Positions 18,686 through 28,230 of a stretch of 64,000 nucleotides of DNA are shown one piece after another; within the stretch, counting starts at the first letter, position 1; each line of letters begins with the position of its first letter. Position numbers and translations under genes: made by a program. The notes below the pieces were generated by a model. That model did not search any database. It was not told the DNA's origin and saw only the letters and a list, made by a program, of their open reading frames with translations. The stretch is taken from IMG/VR virus record IMGVR_UViG_3300017766_003306, positions 5,587 to 69,586 of that record. One strand, written 5' to 3'. Source of the stretch: a virus (taxonomy: Duplodnaviria; Heunggongvirae; Uroviricota; Caudoviricetes).

Positions 18686-19216
18686 TTACCTCTTCGGAGT
18701 GTGTAAGGGGACACCGTAAACCCCCCTATCTGTGAACTTCTTTAGATATTCTATTGTTTTATGATCTTCTATGTCTGCTACGATATACTGTCTGTAATTT
18801 TCTTGTAAGCGTGTAGGGTACTCGTAACCGTCGTCTTCACATACAACACAATCGTAAGGTGTAAACTCCCAAATAGGGTATCCGTCATAATCTGTACCCT
18901 TATATCTAGCTAGATCATAAGTCTTTCTATCCCCTAGATCTCTGAAAACCCATATTTTAGCGTTTTCATCTAGCCCCTTAAGAACTGCATCAGTTACTAG
19001 CACAGGAGTATTAGGATCTTTAGTTTTATTCTCTATGAGGGTATCTATAGGTATATTAAAAGTTTGTGATATTTTCCCTAAAGCGTGTATTGAAGGGTAT
19101 CTCTTTCCGTGTTCAAACTGGTGTATAGCAGGTTGAGATAGACCTACTCGTTTAGAAAACTCGTACTGAGTTAGACCTAAGCTCTCTCTAAGATGTTTTA
19201 ATTTATCGTGGATCAT
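18686..19216 (-). CDS. XRE-family HTH regulator with C-terminal domain (repressor-like)
   Basis: 176 aa; N-terminal LRESLGLTQYEFSKRVGLSQPAIHQFEHGKRYPS HTH_XRE, plus ~110-aa C-terminal domain. Confidence 0.55.
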   Translation of the reverse strand: MIHDKLKHLRESLGLTQYEFSKRVGLSQPAIHQFEHGKRYPSIHALGKISQTFNIPIDTLIENKTKDPNTPVLVTDAVLKGLDENAKIWVFRDLGDRKTYDLARYKGTDYDGYPIWEFTPYDCVVCEDDGYEYPTRLQENYRQYIVADIEDHKTIEYLKKFTDRGVYGVPLHTPKR

Positions 19217-19862
19217 TTAAAGCCCTTTCAATTCTCACCCCCTTAGTAGTAAACTTTAAAATATGCTCAAGCGTCTTACTGCAATTATTAGATCTGATAA
19301 CATTATGTTGTGTAGCATTAGGCTTAAAAACTATATCGCTAATAGATACTCGTCTCCCTTTGCTCGTAACTATTCTATCCCCTAAGTAATGATAGACGAC
19401 TGTAAGCTCTTCCCACACCTCTGTAGAAGAGTCAAATAGGTACTTAGATAAAAACTTAGACCCTTCAGGTAGACTTCGGACTAACTCTTGTGTAGCGATT
19501 ACTTCTGAATATAACGCTTCATATAATAGTTTAGTAGTCTCTCTATAGACTCTGATAAACTCGTCGTAGTCTTCTGTCATAAACTCATACGTTTCTGCTA
19601 TCTGTGCGTAGTAATGATCCATAACTTGAACTCCGTAGAGTTCAGGGCTATAGTCTACGTTCCCGTCTTCGTCTTCACTAACACTCTGTAATCGACCCGT
19701 TATAGAGACTAACGCTGTAGAAGCATCTACTGTCCCTACATAATTAAGAAAATCCTCAGTGCTTTTATTCTTTAAGAACTGGTCAGGTAACATACACGGT
19801 CTTGCTTTTTTAATTGTCATTAGAACTATCCCCTTCTGACTCTTCATCTTCTTCATCTTCAT
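19203..19862 (-). CDS. hypothetical protein
   Basis: 219-aa ORF overlapping neighbours. Confidence 0.4.
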   Translation of the reverse strand: MKMKKMKSQKGIVLMTIKKARPCMLPDQFLKNKSTEDFLNYVGTVDASTALVSITGRLQSVSEDEDGNVDYSPELYGVQVMDHYYAQIAETYEFMTEDYDEFIRVYRETTKLLYEALYSEVIATQELVRSLPEGSKFLSKYLFDSSTEVWEELTVVYHYLGDRIVTSKGRRVSISDIVFKPNATQHNVIRSNNCSKTLEHILKFTTKGVRIERALNDPR

Positions 19863-20379
19863 TTAAGTAAGATAGATTATCTGCAAACAAAGTTAAATAA
19901 GGCTCATACTTAGGGAGTTCATTCCTTACTACAAGAGGTACGCCATTAGAATACTTGCCATAATGATAAGGGCATTCATCTAAGAAGTAAGCTTTAATAT
20001 CTTCTACTAGACTCGTCGCTAGAGCGTGAGAGTATGCTTGCATAGGGGGGTTCCAAGCTGTCTCGAATCTAAGTGTAAGAACATTTGAGTTTAATTCTGT
20101 AGAAATACCAGAATCAGAAACATCCCATTTAGTACCCCAGTGTTCTAATCTCCAAGTAAGCCAACTGTATCCTCGAGGGTTTTCCTCACGCTCTTCATCT
20201 GTCATATTCGCTAATACGTCTTCTTTATATATGTGAGTCTCACTCATACTCACCCAGTCAGGCATAGGTCTAATAAGTGTTAATAACTTTTTCCCTTGTT
20301 TAATCTTATATTGAAACGCTTTCGCTTCTTCATTAGATCTAAACGTAAAATGAGCGATATTATCAATCCAGTTAGGCAT
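19810..20379 (-). CDS. hypothetical protein with acidic C-terminal tail
   Basis: 189-aa ORF; EDEEDEESEGDSSNDN tail. Confidence 0.4.
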   Translation of the reverse strand: MPNWIDNIAHFTFRSNEEAKAFQYKIKQGKKLLTLIRPMPDWVSMSETHIYKEDVLANMTDEEREENPRGYSWLTWRLEHWGTKWDVSDSGISTELNSNVLTLRFETAWNPPMQAYSHALATSLVEDIKAYFLDECPYHYGKYSNGVPLVVRNELPKYEPYLTLFADNLSYLNEDEEDEESEGDSSNDN

Positions 20380-20382
20380 TAG

Positions 20383-20574
20383 TTAATCTTCTTTCTGTTC
20401 TTTCTGTTCTTTCATAAAGTCATCCCAAAGTAAGTACATACCTACTGGCACTAAAAACCATAAGGTGGGATTAGTATTTATAATATCCGCAGACCAAATA
20501 CCCAGTTTATACCCACAACACGCTAAAAATGTACAAAATAAGAATAAAACAATAAAGCTTATGATCTTATCCAT
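20383..20574 (-). CDS. small membrane protein
   Basis: 63 aa, two TM helices. Confidence 0.35.
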   Translation of the reverse strand: MDKIISFIVLFLFCTFLACCGYKLGIWSADIINTNPTLWFLVPVGMYLLWDDFMKEQKEQKED

Positions 20575-20869
20575 TACTTACCTCGCTTTCTGTTTCTTTA
20601 TTGCTTAGACGTACTTCCCTACTAAACAGTTCGATCATTATAGCCTCTATGCCTTCTTGTGAAATGCTTGAAAAGAGAAAATAATCTTTTTTATTTAATA
20701 CTTTGTCCCACTTAATTTTGTTGCTCTTGTGGTCTACTAGGGGCTTTCCTAATAAACAAATAAACTTAAAGACCGCTACTAAGTGGTTAACTACTTTTTC
20801 GACAAAGACAACATAAATAACTCCGATCAGTAAGCTCCCTAGTATGAGTCCTAGAATTGCTAATAGCAT
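20567..20869 (-). CDS. membrane protein (N-terminal TM helix)
   Basis: 100-aa ORF. Confidence 0.35.
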   Translation of the reverse strand: MLLAILGLILGSLLIGVIYVVFVEKVVNHLVAVFKFICLLGKPLVDHKSNKIKWDKVLNKKDYFLFSSISQEGIEAIMIELFSREVRLSNKETESEVSNG

Positions 20870-20904
20870 AAACTACTTCCTTATTTGTTAGTTAAACGCT
20901 AATC

Positions 20905-20960
20905 ACGTTTTCTATGATCGTATAACTATTTTAGCATATTATATTCTTAAAGTCAAGCGT
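20905..20960 (-). promoter_or_regulatory. sigma70-like promoter (minus strand) TTGACT-N17-TAAAAT with TTCTATGATCGTATAACT motif
   Basis: reverse complement reads GCTTGACTTTAAGAATATAATATGCTAAAATAGTTATACGATCATAGAAAAC. Confidence 0.45.
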
Positions 20961-20961
20961 C

Positions 20962-21465
20962 CTAGTTACTTATTCTATGTTCGCTGATAGTGTGATGCTT
21001 CTCAAATATCTTAGGCAGATTATATTCTCTATCAGTGAAATCTTTTAATAAGTAAAAGACAGCATCTCTGCCTAAAAATAAGCCCTTTCTGTACTCTTCA
21101 TTTAAAACTAGATCTACTTGTTTTTGTACTAAAACTTTTAACTCTTCTAAAGTAGACGCAGGAATATATCTAGGGGGGAGTGAGTAGGTAGCAATGACAT
21201 TATGATCTTTATCGTAGAACTCAAGGTCACTGAAGCCGTCCAAAATCTGACCTGTCCCTTGCTTTACAATAGCTAGATCGTGATACTGTCTAGCGTCAAA
21301 TACGCAATCATAGCTATAAATACGCCCTGCATCCCACACATTAACTTGATGCCATTTTAAAGTAACGTCGTAAGACACTAACTTGTTCAGTACTCTATTT
21401 ATTTCTTCCCAGTTTTCGTGTACTCTAGGCTTATCCCCGTACAACATCTCTAAAGTAATTTCCAT
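20962..21465 (-). CDS. hypothetical protein
   Basis: 167-aa ORF directly downstream of rtcB. Confidence 0.4.
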   Translation of the reverse strand: MEITLEMLYGDKPRVHENWEEINRVLNKLVSYDVTLKWHQVNVWDAGRIYSYDCVFDARQYHDLAIVKQGTGQILDGFSDLEFYDKDHNVIATYSLPPRYIPASTLEELKVLVQKQVDLVLNEEYRKGLFLGRDAVFYLLKDFTDREYNLPKIFEKHHTISEHRISN

Positions 21466-21474
21466 TAGTCTTCT

Positions 21475-23598
21475 TTATCCTTTTATACATAATACTTGTT
21501 TTAACTTTGCGACGATTTCTACTAAGTCTTCTTGGGATCTCATCACATCTTCAATGTTTTTATACGCTGAAGGGGTCTCGTCTAGTATCTGTAAATCTGC
21601 TTTTCTACACTCAACCCCTTGAGTATCTAATGCGTGTTGCTCTAAAGAGACGAGCTTCTTTGCTTGTGTTCTACTCATTACTCTTCCTGCTCCATGCGAG
21701 CATGAACAAAAAGATTCCTCGTTACCTAGACCACGCACGATGTAAGAAGCGTTCCCCATATTTGAGGGGATAATGCCCAACTTATCTTTTTCAGCATTCA
21801 CAGCCCCTTTACGAGTCACATAGACATCTTTTCCGTAGTGTCGTTCTCTACTGACATAATTATGGTGGCAATCTACAAGCTCTACTTCTCTCGTAAACGT
21901 CAATGTAGCATCTCTCAGCTTTACTAAAACACGTCGCATCATTATGTTTCTATTCATCTGAGCATACTTCTGACACCAATCTAATGATCTTATGTATTCA
22001 TCAAAATAATTACTTTCTTCTGTGAGATAAGCTAAGTCTCTATCTACTAAAGTTATTCCCAATTGTTCCATATCTTCTTTAGCTTTGCTTATGTAGTAAG
22101 TACCTACACGATTTCCTATTCCTCTACTCCCTGAGTGCAACATAACCCAAACACATTGCTCTTCATCAATACAGATCTCTATGAAGTGATTACCTCCCCC
22201 AAGAGTCCCTAATTGCTTATAAACAGCATTGTGCGTTATGCCTGATTTTTCTTCTATGTACTCGTACCCTGATTTTAAATATAAGTTAAATTGATTAGAC
22301 ACTTTATCTTCTACTTCATCATGCTTACCGAACCCTACAGGTATAACCGATTCTAGGTCTAATCGTAGTTTTGATAAGTCATTGGGTAGATCAGAAGCCT
22401 TTAAACTCGTCTTTACCGCCTGCATTCCGCAGTTACCTGTAATAAACACATTCCCTGCACGTCTAGCTACAAAAAACCCCGAAGGGACAGTGAAACAGTA
22501 CTCTAAGCCATCAGAAGAAGGGACGAAAGTCATAGAAGTTTTAGGAGTTCCGCATATCCCTACTTTAACATCAGTATTTTTAAAAACTCTATAGTCTACT
22601 CCACTATCTCTATGGTCTATTTTCAAGTAGCTTCTATATCCTAAAGCAGACATCGCATACTGAACAAAATCCGCAGATTCTTTGTTTCTAGTGAAGTATA
22701 CTTGGTCTTTCATGTTTCCATCCCAATACATAATCTCATCTACTATTACTTTTAACTGGTCTATAGAAGCTTCCCAATAATTTAATACTTTATTAGTTGT
22801 AGGAGACGCAAACGAGAACTCAGTCACCTCTTCTTGTGTTGATATGTTGTACTCGCTGTAAGTTATCCCTGCATTACACAATAGCTCTCTGATTCTGACT
22901 TTCTTTCCGTCTTTCTTTACTCGCACTACGGCTCTTTTTGTGTTTTCATTTCGTATACACCCGTCCGCAGATACCATAACCGCTACTCTAAGCTGTGCGT
23001 CGGTCATTTCTTCAATCTTAGTAGTGATAGTAGGCGTAAAGCAGGTTAGAAATCTCCCCCTAAACCCTAAAACTAACTCTGAATGCTTCTCATATAGCTC
23101 TTGTGCAGATATACACGCATACTTAGAAAACTTATAAGACCTATCGTGCTTGTAGTATAGAACTTTATGGTCAGGACTTAGCATTTGGTCTACGCCGTAT
23201 TTTGTTCGTACATGATAAAATCCGCTAGAAGGTTTCTTTATATATCTTGTAGGGGTAACGTAGCTAGCTAGCCCTGTATCAGGAGAAAACTGCATCACTT
23301 TGGAGCCTGAATACTCAGACATTTTAACCCACCCGTTAGGAGATAGAAACTCTGTGTCTTTATCTAGGCAACCTATGTCAACCCCAACAGAAGCAGGAAT
23401 AATAGCCTTGTCAGTAGCAATAACACTCCCAACACACGCCCCTTTGCCCAAGTGGCTGTCAGGCATCGCAGAGACCCATTTATGTATGAAAGGCATATCT
23501 GCTAAGTTCTTGAGTTGTTGTAGTGCTTGATCTTCTAAAGGAACATAATCTATCCAAGCTTTGATAAGATTTCCTCTATCTGTTTTAATTAGTTTCAT
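21475..23598 (-). CDS. rtcB: RtcB RNA 3'-phosphate ligase containing an intein
   Basis: Extein motifs GGGNHFIEI, HSGSRGIG, CHHNY, SHGAGR. A 313-aa insertion (C77..N389) sits in the conserved VGVDIG|CGM site. Confidence 0.85.
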   Translation of the reverse strand: MKLIKTDRGNLIKAWIDYVPLEDQALQQLKNLADMPFIHKWVSAMPDSHLGKGACVGSVIATDKAIIPASVGVDIGCLDKDTEFLSPNGWVKMSEYSGSKVMQFSPDTGLASYVTPTRYIKKPSSGFYHVRTKYGVDQMLSPDHKVLYYKHDRSYKFSKYACISAQELYEKHSELVLGFRGRFLTCFTPTITTKIEEMTDAQLRVAVMVSADGCIRNENTKRAVVRVKKDGKKVRIRELLCNAGITYSEYNISTQEEVTEFSFASPTTNKVLNYWEASIDQLKVIVDEIMYWDGNMKDQVYFTRNKESADFVQYAMSALGYRSYLKIDHRDSGVDYRVFKNTDVKVGICGTPKTSMTFVPSSDGLEYCFTVPSGFFVARRAGNVFITGNCGMQAVKTSLKASDLPNDLSKLRLDLESVIPVGFGKHDEVEDKVSNQFNLYLKSGYEYIEEKSGITHNAVYKQLGTLGGGNHFIEICIDEEQCVWVMLHSGSRGIGNRVGTYYISKAKEDMEQLGITLVDRDLAYLTEESNYFDEYIRSLDWCQKYAQMNRNIMMRRVLVKLRDATLTFTREVELVDCHHNYVSRERHYGKDVYVTRKGAVNAEKDKLGIIPSNMGNASYIVRGLGNEESFCSCSHGAGRVMSRTQAKKLVSLEQHALDTQGVECRKADLQILDETPSAYKNIEDVMRSQEDLVEIVAKLKQVLCIKG
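22432..23370 (-). mobile_element. intein (313 aa) with LAGLIDADG-type homing endonuclease motifs, inserted at the RtcB catalytic Cys
   Basis: Starts CLDKDTEFL (block A-like), ends ...VFITGN followed by +1 Cys of CGM; internal LRVAVMVSADGC and LKVIVDEIMYWDGN resemble LAGLIDADG motifs. Confidence 0.7.
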
Positions 23599-24212
23599 AT
23601 AGTATTTTCTCCGTTTTCTGTAGAGCCTACTTCAATCTCGTACAGCCTAGTAATATATACCATAGCTTTTATGTCTTTATTGTGTATGATTCCTTCTGAG
23701 TCGTGTATTTGTATAGGTAGATTTTTATATGGTCGTAGACATTCTACTAGGTCATCTAGTGAAGTTGTTGAGTCGTCTGTATCGCTATGTTTGAGTATGA
23801 TAGTCTGCTCTTGCACACTACATATAGCTTCAAAGTTCTCTCCCGACTCTAAGACTATTAACCCGTTTCCATACTTGTCGTATAGATCTAGTAAATCTTT
23901 AACTTTCTTTATCGTTACAGGAACTCTACTAGCTTTATACCCTAAAGACTTAGAATCACTTAGTGCAGAATCAACTATATCAGTCCACAACCCCCTATCT
24001 TTAAGTTCTTTGATTATGTCTGATATTACGTATTTTGTTAGTAGTTTCTCACATTCTTGCTGTATGTTTCTTGACGCAAACCGTACTGTAAACACAACTT
24101 CAAATACGCTAATACAGTACCCTATAACTCTAGGTAAGAGTGCCGTGTTACTGTGCATTAAGATGCTCGTTAATATGCCTATCTTCTCAAATAAGTTAAA
24201 CTTAGATTTCAT
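23595..24212 (-). CDS. hypothetical protein
   Basis: 205-aa ORF, 4-nt overlap with rtcB start. Confidence 0.4.
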   Translation of the reverse strand: MKSKFNLFEKIGILTSILMHSNTALLPRVIGYCISVFEVVFTVRFASRNIQQECEKLLTKYVISDIIKELKDRGLWTDIVDSALSDSKSLGYKASRVPVTIKKVKDLLDLYDKYGNGLIVLESGENFEAICSVQEQTIILKHSDTDDSTTSLDDLVECLRPYKNLPIQIHDSEGIIHNKDIKAMVYITRLYEIEVGSTENGENTI

Positions 24213-24442
24213 AACTTCCCTAACTTTTTATTGTTTCTCAAAAACTTTACTTAATTATTATAACTTAATATATTCTAAAAGTCAAGCAGTTCAATTCTTT
24301 CTAGTATCCAATCTATCCCCCTGACTATTGAGCTGAAGACTCTAGCCTCTATAGTCCTAGAGTCATAACAACCGTTAATGCCGATCACCCCAACTAGCCA
24401 CTCCCTAAACTCTATCCGCTTGTCGTGAAAATCCTTACGCAG

Positions 24443-26224
24443 TCAGTACACCCAAGAAGCCCCAAGAGAAGGGTTTGGAACTCTAGTTGTTCGTCCGTCA
24501 CTATCTATTTGCGTTCTTATTGGATAGTCTGTTTCGCTATCTTCTTCTTGTAGATTATAAAGAACTCTAAATAAGCCAATTAAGCGGGTAGACAGACATA
24601 CAAGCTCATCTAGTGTATAAGACTCCAAGAACCCCCCAGTATGCTCTTCCCCTAATCTAGGGCTTAAGTGGCGTACTCTTAAAGCAGTGTGCCTATGTAA
24701 GTCAATTAGAAATAGACCTAAACAATTCCGCAATACTGACTCTACCTCACGTTGAGTTCCATGTGCAATCCCGATCTGTGTAAGATCACGCTCCAATAGA
24801 CGGGCATAAACATGTTCAGGTATTACTATAGGTCTATCCCCTACAGTTAGATTACTTATCTCTAAAACTTTATTCAGTATCGGCAGTCTAAGTTCTCTCC
24901 GCTCTCTTAACAGAGTAGCCCACTCCCTATACCTGCTATCTTCTTCGTCTGATGATCTTTCTTCTTGGGGTTGTTCTTGTCGATGCTGTTCGTTTCTTCT
25001 TATTTCTTCTCTGATTCTCACTTCTTCCCTATGTCTTCTAGTATCTAAATGTTCTGCTATAGATTGTCTACGATCATCACTCATGTGTACCCATTCATCT
25101 AAATCAATGTCAGCAGTGAGAACGAGAGGCTCCCCTGTTCTAGGATTAACGCCTCTGCTAAAGATTCTATGTGTATGGGGTGGCTGTAGGGTATGTCTAC
25201 TAGACCACCACGAAGTCCCTATAGCTCTTCCATTATGTGCAGTTCTCCAAACTTCATCTTCTTGTTCTGTTTGAGATATGCCCGTATTTTCCTCTTCTGT
25301 AGGTACAGATTCTAAGTACTCAAGAATAGCCCATAATATGCGAGGGTTTAAAGTGTGTAAGTTATCTAAATGCTCACCAACGCCGTATCCATCGTTCATC
25401 GCTAAAGTGTGACAATGAGGTCTATCCATAAACGCTTGACGTACCCTACTCTGTAATCTAAGGTACATTTCGTCGGAATACATATGTATGGGAAAATTAT
25501 TCCTACGATTTAATTTTAAAAACTCATCGTAATTTTCTATATTACGCGGATTCCAATTCTGTGCAAACGTTGGAGTACGTTGTCTTTCTTGCATGTCTCT
25601 CCAATATATCTCTTCTTCTTGTGTTAGTAGCGTAGAAGATTCGTCAACATACTTACCCCCCAATTCAAGCCCTTTTAGACGTTTATCTAATAACTCAAGG
25701 TAGTTTAGTTTGGGGGTTGAATTAGGCTCTATGATAGCCTTTATGAGAGATATTTGGGCTTCTGTGCAATTAGTTAGATTTCTCTTAAGGATTACCCTAC
25801 AATGCTGATCTGTACCTCTCCACACAGCAGTAATGGACTCTTCAGGTACTTCACTGATTACTTTTAGTAGCTCTAATCTAGCGATTGCGTCTCTTACTGC
25901 TTCTTCTACTGTTTCGGGAATACTGCACGGCTGTTCGGGAGAGTAAGACATGATATACTCAGGGATTTCTAAGTTTTCGATACTAGATTTTATTGTTTCA
26001 TAATACGCTTGAACTTCTGCATTGTCCCCTACCCAAATACTCTCCTGTGTGAGCATATTAGGATATAAGCTTAACACATCTAAGCAAGTAGTGTCTTCAT
26101 GTTTTTTATGGGGGATTACGTCTTCTTGCAAGCTTTCAAGTAAATATAGATTATCTTCTGAATAATCAATACTTGAAGGCTTACGTTTATCTTCTCTGTT
26201 AAACCAACCGCTAAAAGATTTCAT
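24443..26224 (-). CDS. hypothetical large acidic protein
   Basis: 593-aa ORF, Glu/Arg-rich helical stretch. Confidence 0.45.
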   Translation of the reverse strand: MKSFSGWFNREDKRKPSSIDYSEDNLYLLESLQEDVIPHKKHEDTTCLDVLSLYPNMLTQESIWVGDNAEVQAYYETIKSSIENLEIPEYIMSYSPEQPCSIPETVEEAVRDAIARLELLKVISEVPEESITAVWRGTDQHCRVILKRNLTNCTEAQISLIKAIIEPNSTPKLNYLELLDKRLKGLELGGKYVDESSTLLTQEEEIYWRDMQERQRTPTFAQNWNPRNIENYDEFLKLNRRNNFPIHMYSDEMYLRLQSRVRQAFMDRPHCHTLAMNDGYGVGEHLDNLHTLNPRILWAILEYLESVPTEEENTGISQTEQEDEVWRTAHNGRAIGTSWWSSRHTLQPPHTHRIFSRGVNPRTGEPLVLTADIDLDEWVHMSDDRRQSIAEHLDTRRHREEVRIREEIRRNEQHRQEQPQEERSSDEEDSRYREWATLLRERRELRLPILNKVLEISNLTVGDRPIVIPEHVYARLLERDLTQIGIAHGTQREVESVLRNCLGLFLIDLHRHTALRVRHLSPRLGEEHTGGFLESYTLDELVCLSTRLIGLFRVLYNLQEEDSETDYPIRTQIDSDGRTTRVPNPSLGASWVY

Positions 26225-26513
26225 GTTACTGTTCCTAAATACTTAACTTAACCCCACTAATCGCTACTCTTTTTTTCGTTTCTTAGTCTTCTATATTCTA
26301 TACTTTTAGCAATTAGCTTTTCTCTGTTTCTCTGATAATACGCCCGTTGAATAGCTTTCTACTTTTCTGTTCGATGGTATTCTCTTTGGTATGTTAAGTA
26401 GTCTTCGTAGTTCTCTTTACGCCGTTCAATAATTGTCTCTTTGTTTTTTTGGTAATACCCCTTCATGTAATTTCTCATATACTCTCTATTCTTTTCAGGG
26501 TCTTTGTATGCCA

Positions 26514-26813
26514 TTACTCTTCACCTTTCTTTAATTTAGAATCTTCGTAGTTCTTGTGTAACATCAACTTTGCTTTCACTAAATACTGTATCGTAGCTAA
26601 TAATATAAGCCCTAGAACTTGAATTACTAAAAGTACTAAAGAAATATCTAACAGCAGAAAAGTTAAAGATTTGTCTTTACTGAGCATAACTACCGACAGT
26701 AAACCTAAGATTACTACAGTAATACATAGAGATATTTCACCCCAGTTTACTAAAAAATATACAGAGAATATAGTGAGAGTGTTTCTTAATACTATAGGAA
26801 ACTTATGTGTCAT
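26514..26813 (-). CDS. membrane protein
   Basis: 99 aa, 3 TM helices. Confidence 0.35.
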   Translation of the reverse strand: MTHKFPIVLRNTLTIFSVYFLVNWGEISLCITVVILGLLSVVMLSKDKSLTFLLLDISLVLLVIQVLGLILLATIQYLVKAKLMLHKNYEDSKLKKGEE

Positions 26814-26968
26814 GTTTAGTTTACCTTTTTTTATTTTAGTGTTTTAATCTAGGCTCTACAAATACCCAAAAAACAAATACGCAGAGCAACAGCCACCCGT
26901 TATGTAAAATAAAGCTTACTATTGCAAGAAAAATTAGATATTGATTTATAGACATACGTTTTATACTC

Positions 26969-27268
26969 CTACTTACTTGCGTTCATTCTACGACGATATA
27001 AATCTTGATTATACACATATACCCACTTAGGTATGTTTAAAACGCTATCTACTTGAGGGACTAGCCACAGTAAATAAACACTAAAAAATAGTATCAAGTT
27101 TAGGGGGGAGGGGTTTATACAAGCACTTAAAAAAGACAGCGTTAGTAAGTAGCTTAATACTAGAATACCTAACCATGACCCTGTTTTATTTAAGTATAAA
27201 TACTGACCTCCGAAAAATCCTAAAAGCATCGTAAGCCTGTAAGCACAGTCTTCTGACTTTCTCTGCAT
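26969..27268 (-). CDS. membrane protein
   Basis: 99 aa, 3 TM helices. Confidence 0.35.
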   Translation of the reverse strand: MQRKSEDCAYRLTMLLGFFGGQYLYLNKTGSWLGILVLSYLLTLSFLSACINPSPLNLILFFSVYLLWLVPQVDSVLNIPKWVYVYNQDLYRRRMNASK

Positions 27269-27350
27269 ATTACTGCCTCCTAGATAAATACTCGTATTAA
27301 CTGTCGAGCATATATCTAGTATAGATCATTTAAACTATTTTGTCAAGCAA

Positions 27351-27740
27351 TTACTTTTTAAGGACTTTCTCTAAAGAGGTGATCTTGCTAGAGAGTTCTT
27401 TGTGGTGAGCGTCTACTTTTTCATGTAGTGTTATAACCGATTCGCCTATGTCGTTCACGACTATCTGATTAGTTTTCTCTGCCGACTGTAAGTCTTGTAT
27501 TTTATTCCCTAAGTCCCTAAGCTCCGCCCTCAGTAATCCTGACTCATTACTTACATACGAAGTCCACCTACCCCACCCTTCAGCAATGGGTTTCTTGATC
27601 ATCTCTATGAGTAACTGCAAGCTAGGGACTGTTAAGTATCTGAATACAAGAGCTACAACTACAATGCCCAATAACAACACGGAGCTGTTAGCAACTATTT
27701 CAAAGGCTTTACCGCCTATGCTTAATTCTTCTATGCTCAC
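27351..27740 (-). CDS. membrane-anchored coiled-coil protein
   Basis: 129 aa, N-terminal TM then heptad-like region. Confidence 0.35.
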   Translation of the reverse strand: MSIEELSIGGKAFEIVANSSVLLLGIVVVALVFRYLTVPSLQLLIEMIKKPIAEGWGRWTSYVSNESGLLRAELRDLGNKIQDLQSAEKTNQIVVNDIGESVITLHEKVDAHHKELSSKITSLEKVLKK

Positions 27741-27776
27741 TGTAGTTAGTCCTTTAATAGTAGATTGTTTTAATGG

Positions 27777-28193
27777 TTAGAAGGGTTGTGGGTCTGCCAT
27801 GAAGGTAACGGACACTCCACCTTCAGCTTTATATACAAACTCTAATTTATCTGAGATAAACGCATTTGTGAATACTGTAGGCTTACCGTCAGAATCTATG
27901 AGAGTAAGGGGCTTACTTTGGTTTTTCAGGTTTTCAAGCTTGATAGATTTAAGAATAGCGACGTTAGACTCTGTATTCGTTGCTTCGATCTTAATAGATG
28001 CAACAGCCGTAGATAAGTCGATACCTCTATTGACTGTAACGCTAGTCCCCGACGTATAAGCGGGTTGGGCTTTGAGTTCGGGGTATCCGTTATCTACAGT
28101 AACGTCTGAACCTGCTTGAAGTTCTATTACCTTACCGCCATACGCTACTGAGGCGTAGGATTTAATTGCTGATCCCATGATGATAGTCTCCAT
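27777..28193 (-). CDS. putative tail tube protein
   Basis: 138 aa, beta-rich, immediately downstream of the putative sheath gene; size and position match myovirus tube proteins. Confidence 0.45.
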   Translation of the reverse strand: METIIMGSAIKSYASVAYGGKVIELQAGSDVTVDNGYPELKAQPAYTSGTSVTVNRGIDLSTAVASIKIEATNTESNVAILKSIKLENLKNQSKPLTLIDSDGKPTVFTNAFISDKLEFVYKAEGGVSVTFMADPQPF

Positions 28194-28230
28194 TCAAGTT
28201 GCTTAAGATGTTTTGAAGCTTTATGTATGA

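Noticed and set aside
15208-19216. Prophage/integration module (integrase, attP) near the HTH cluster
   Set aside because: No tyrosine or serine recombinase signatures (R..H..R..Y, or the resolvase N-terminal Ser domain) were seen in any ORF in the window. The lifestyle cannot be called from this window.
20962-21465. 167-aa ORF downstream of rtcB as archease (RtcB activator)
   Set aside because: It lacks the N-terminal DHTADI-like archease motif; there is no support beyond gene position.
23671-24324. 217-aa plus-strand ORF overlapping 23595..24212 (minus)
   Set aside because: Antisense shadow of a minus-strand gene within a minus-strand operon; Ser/Leu-rich low-complexity translation.
24443-26224. 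593-aa protein as tape measure protein
   Set aside because: It is downstream of the sheath and tube genes, but the composition (acidic, Arg/Glu-rich, few Ala/Gly repeats, no TM or lytic domain) is atypical. Left as hypothetical.
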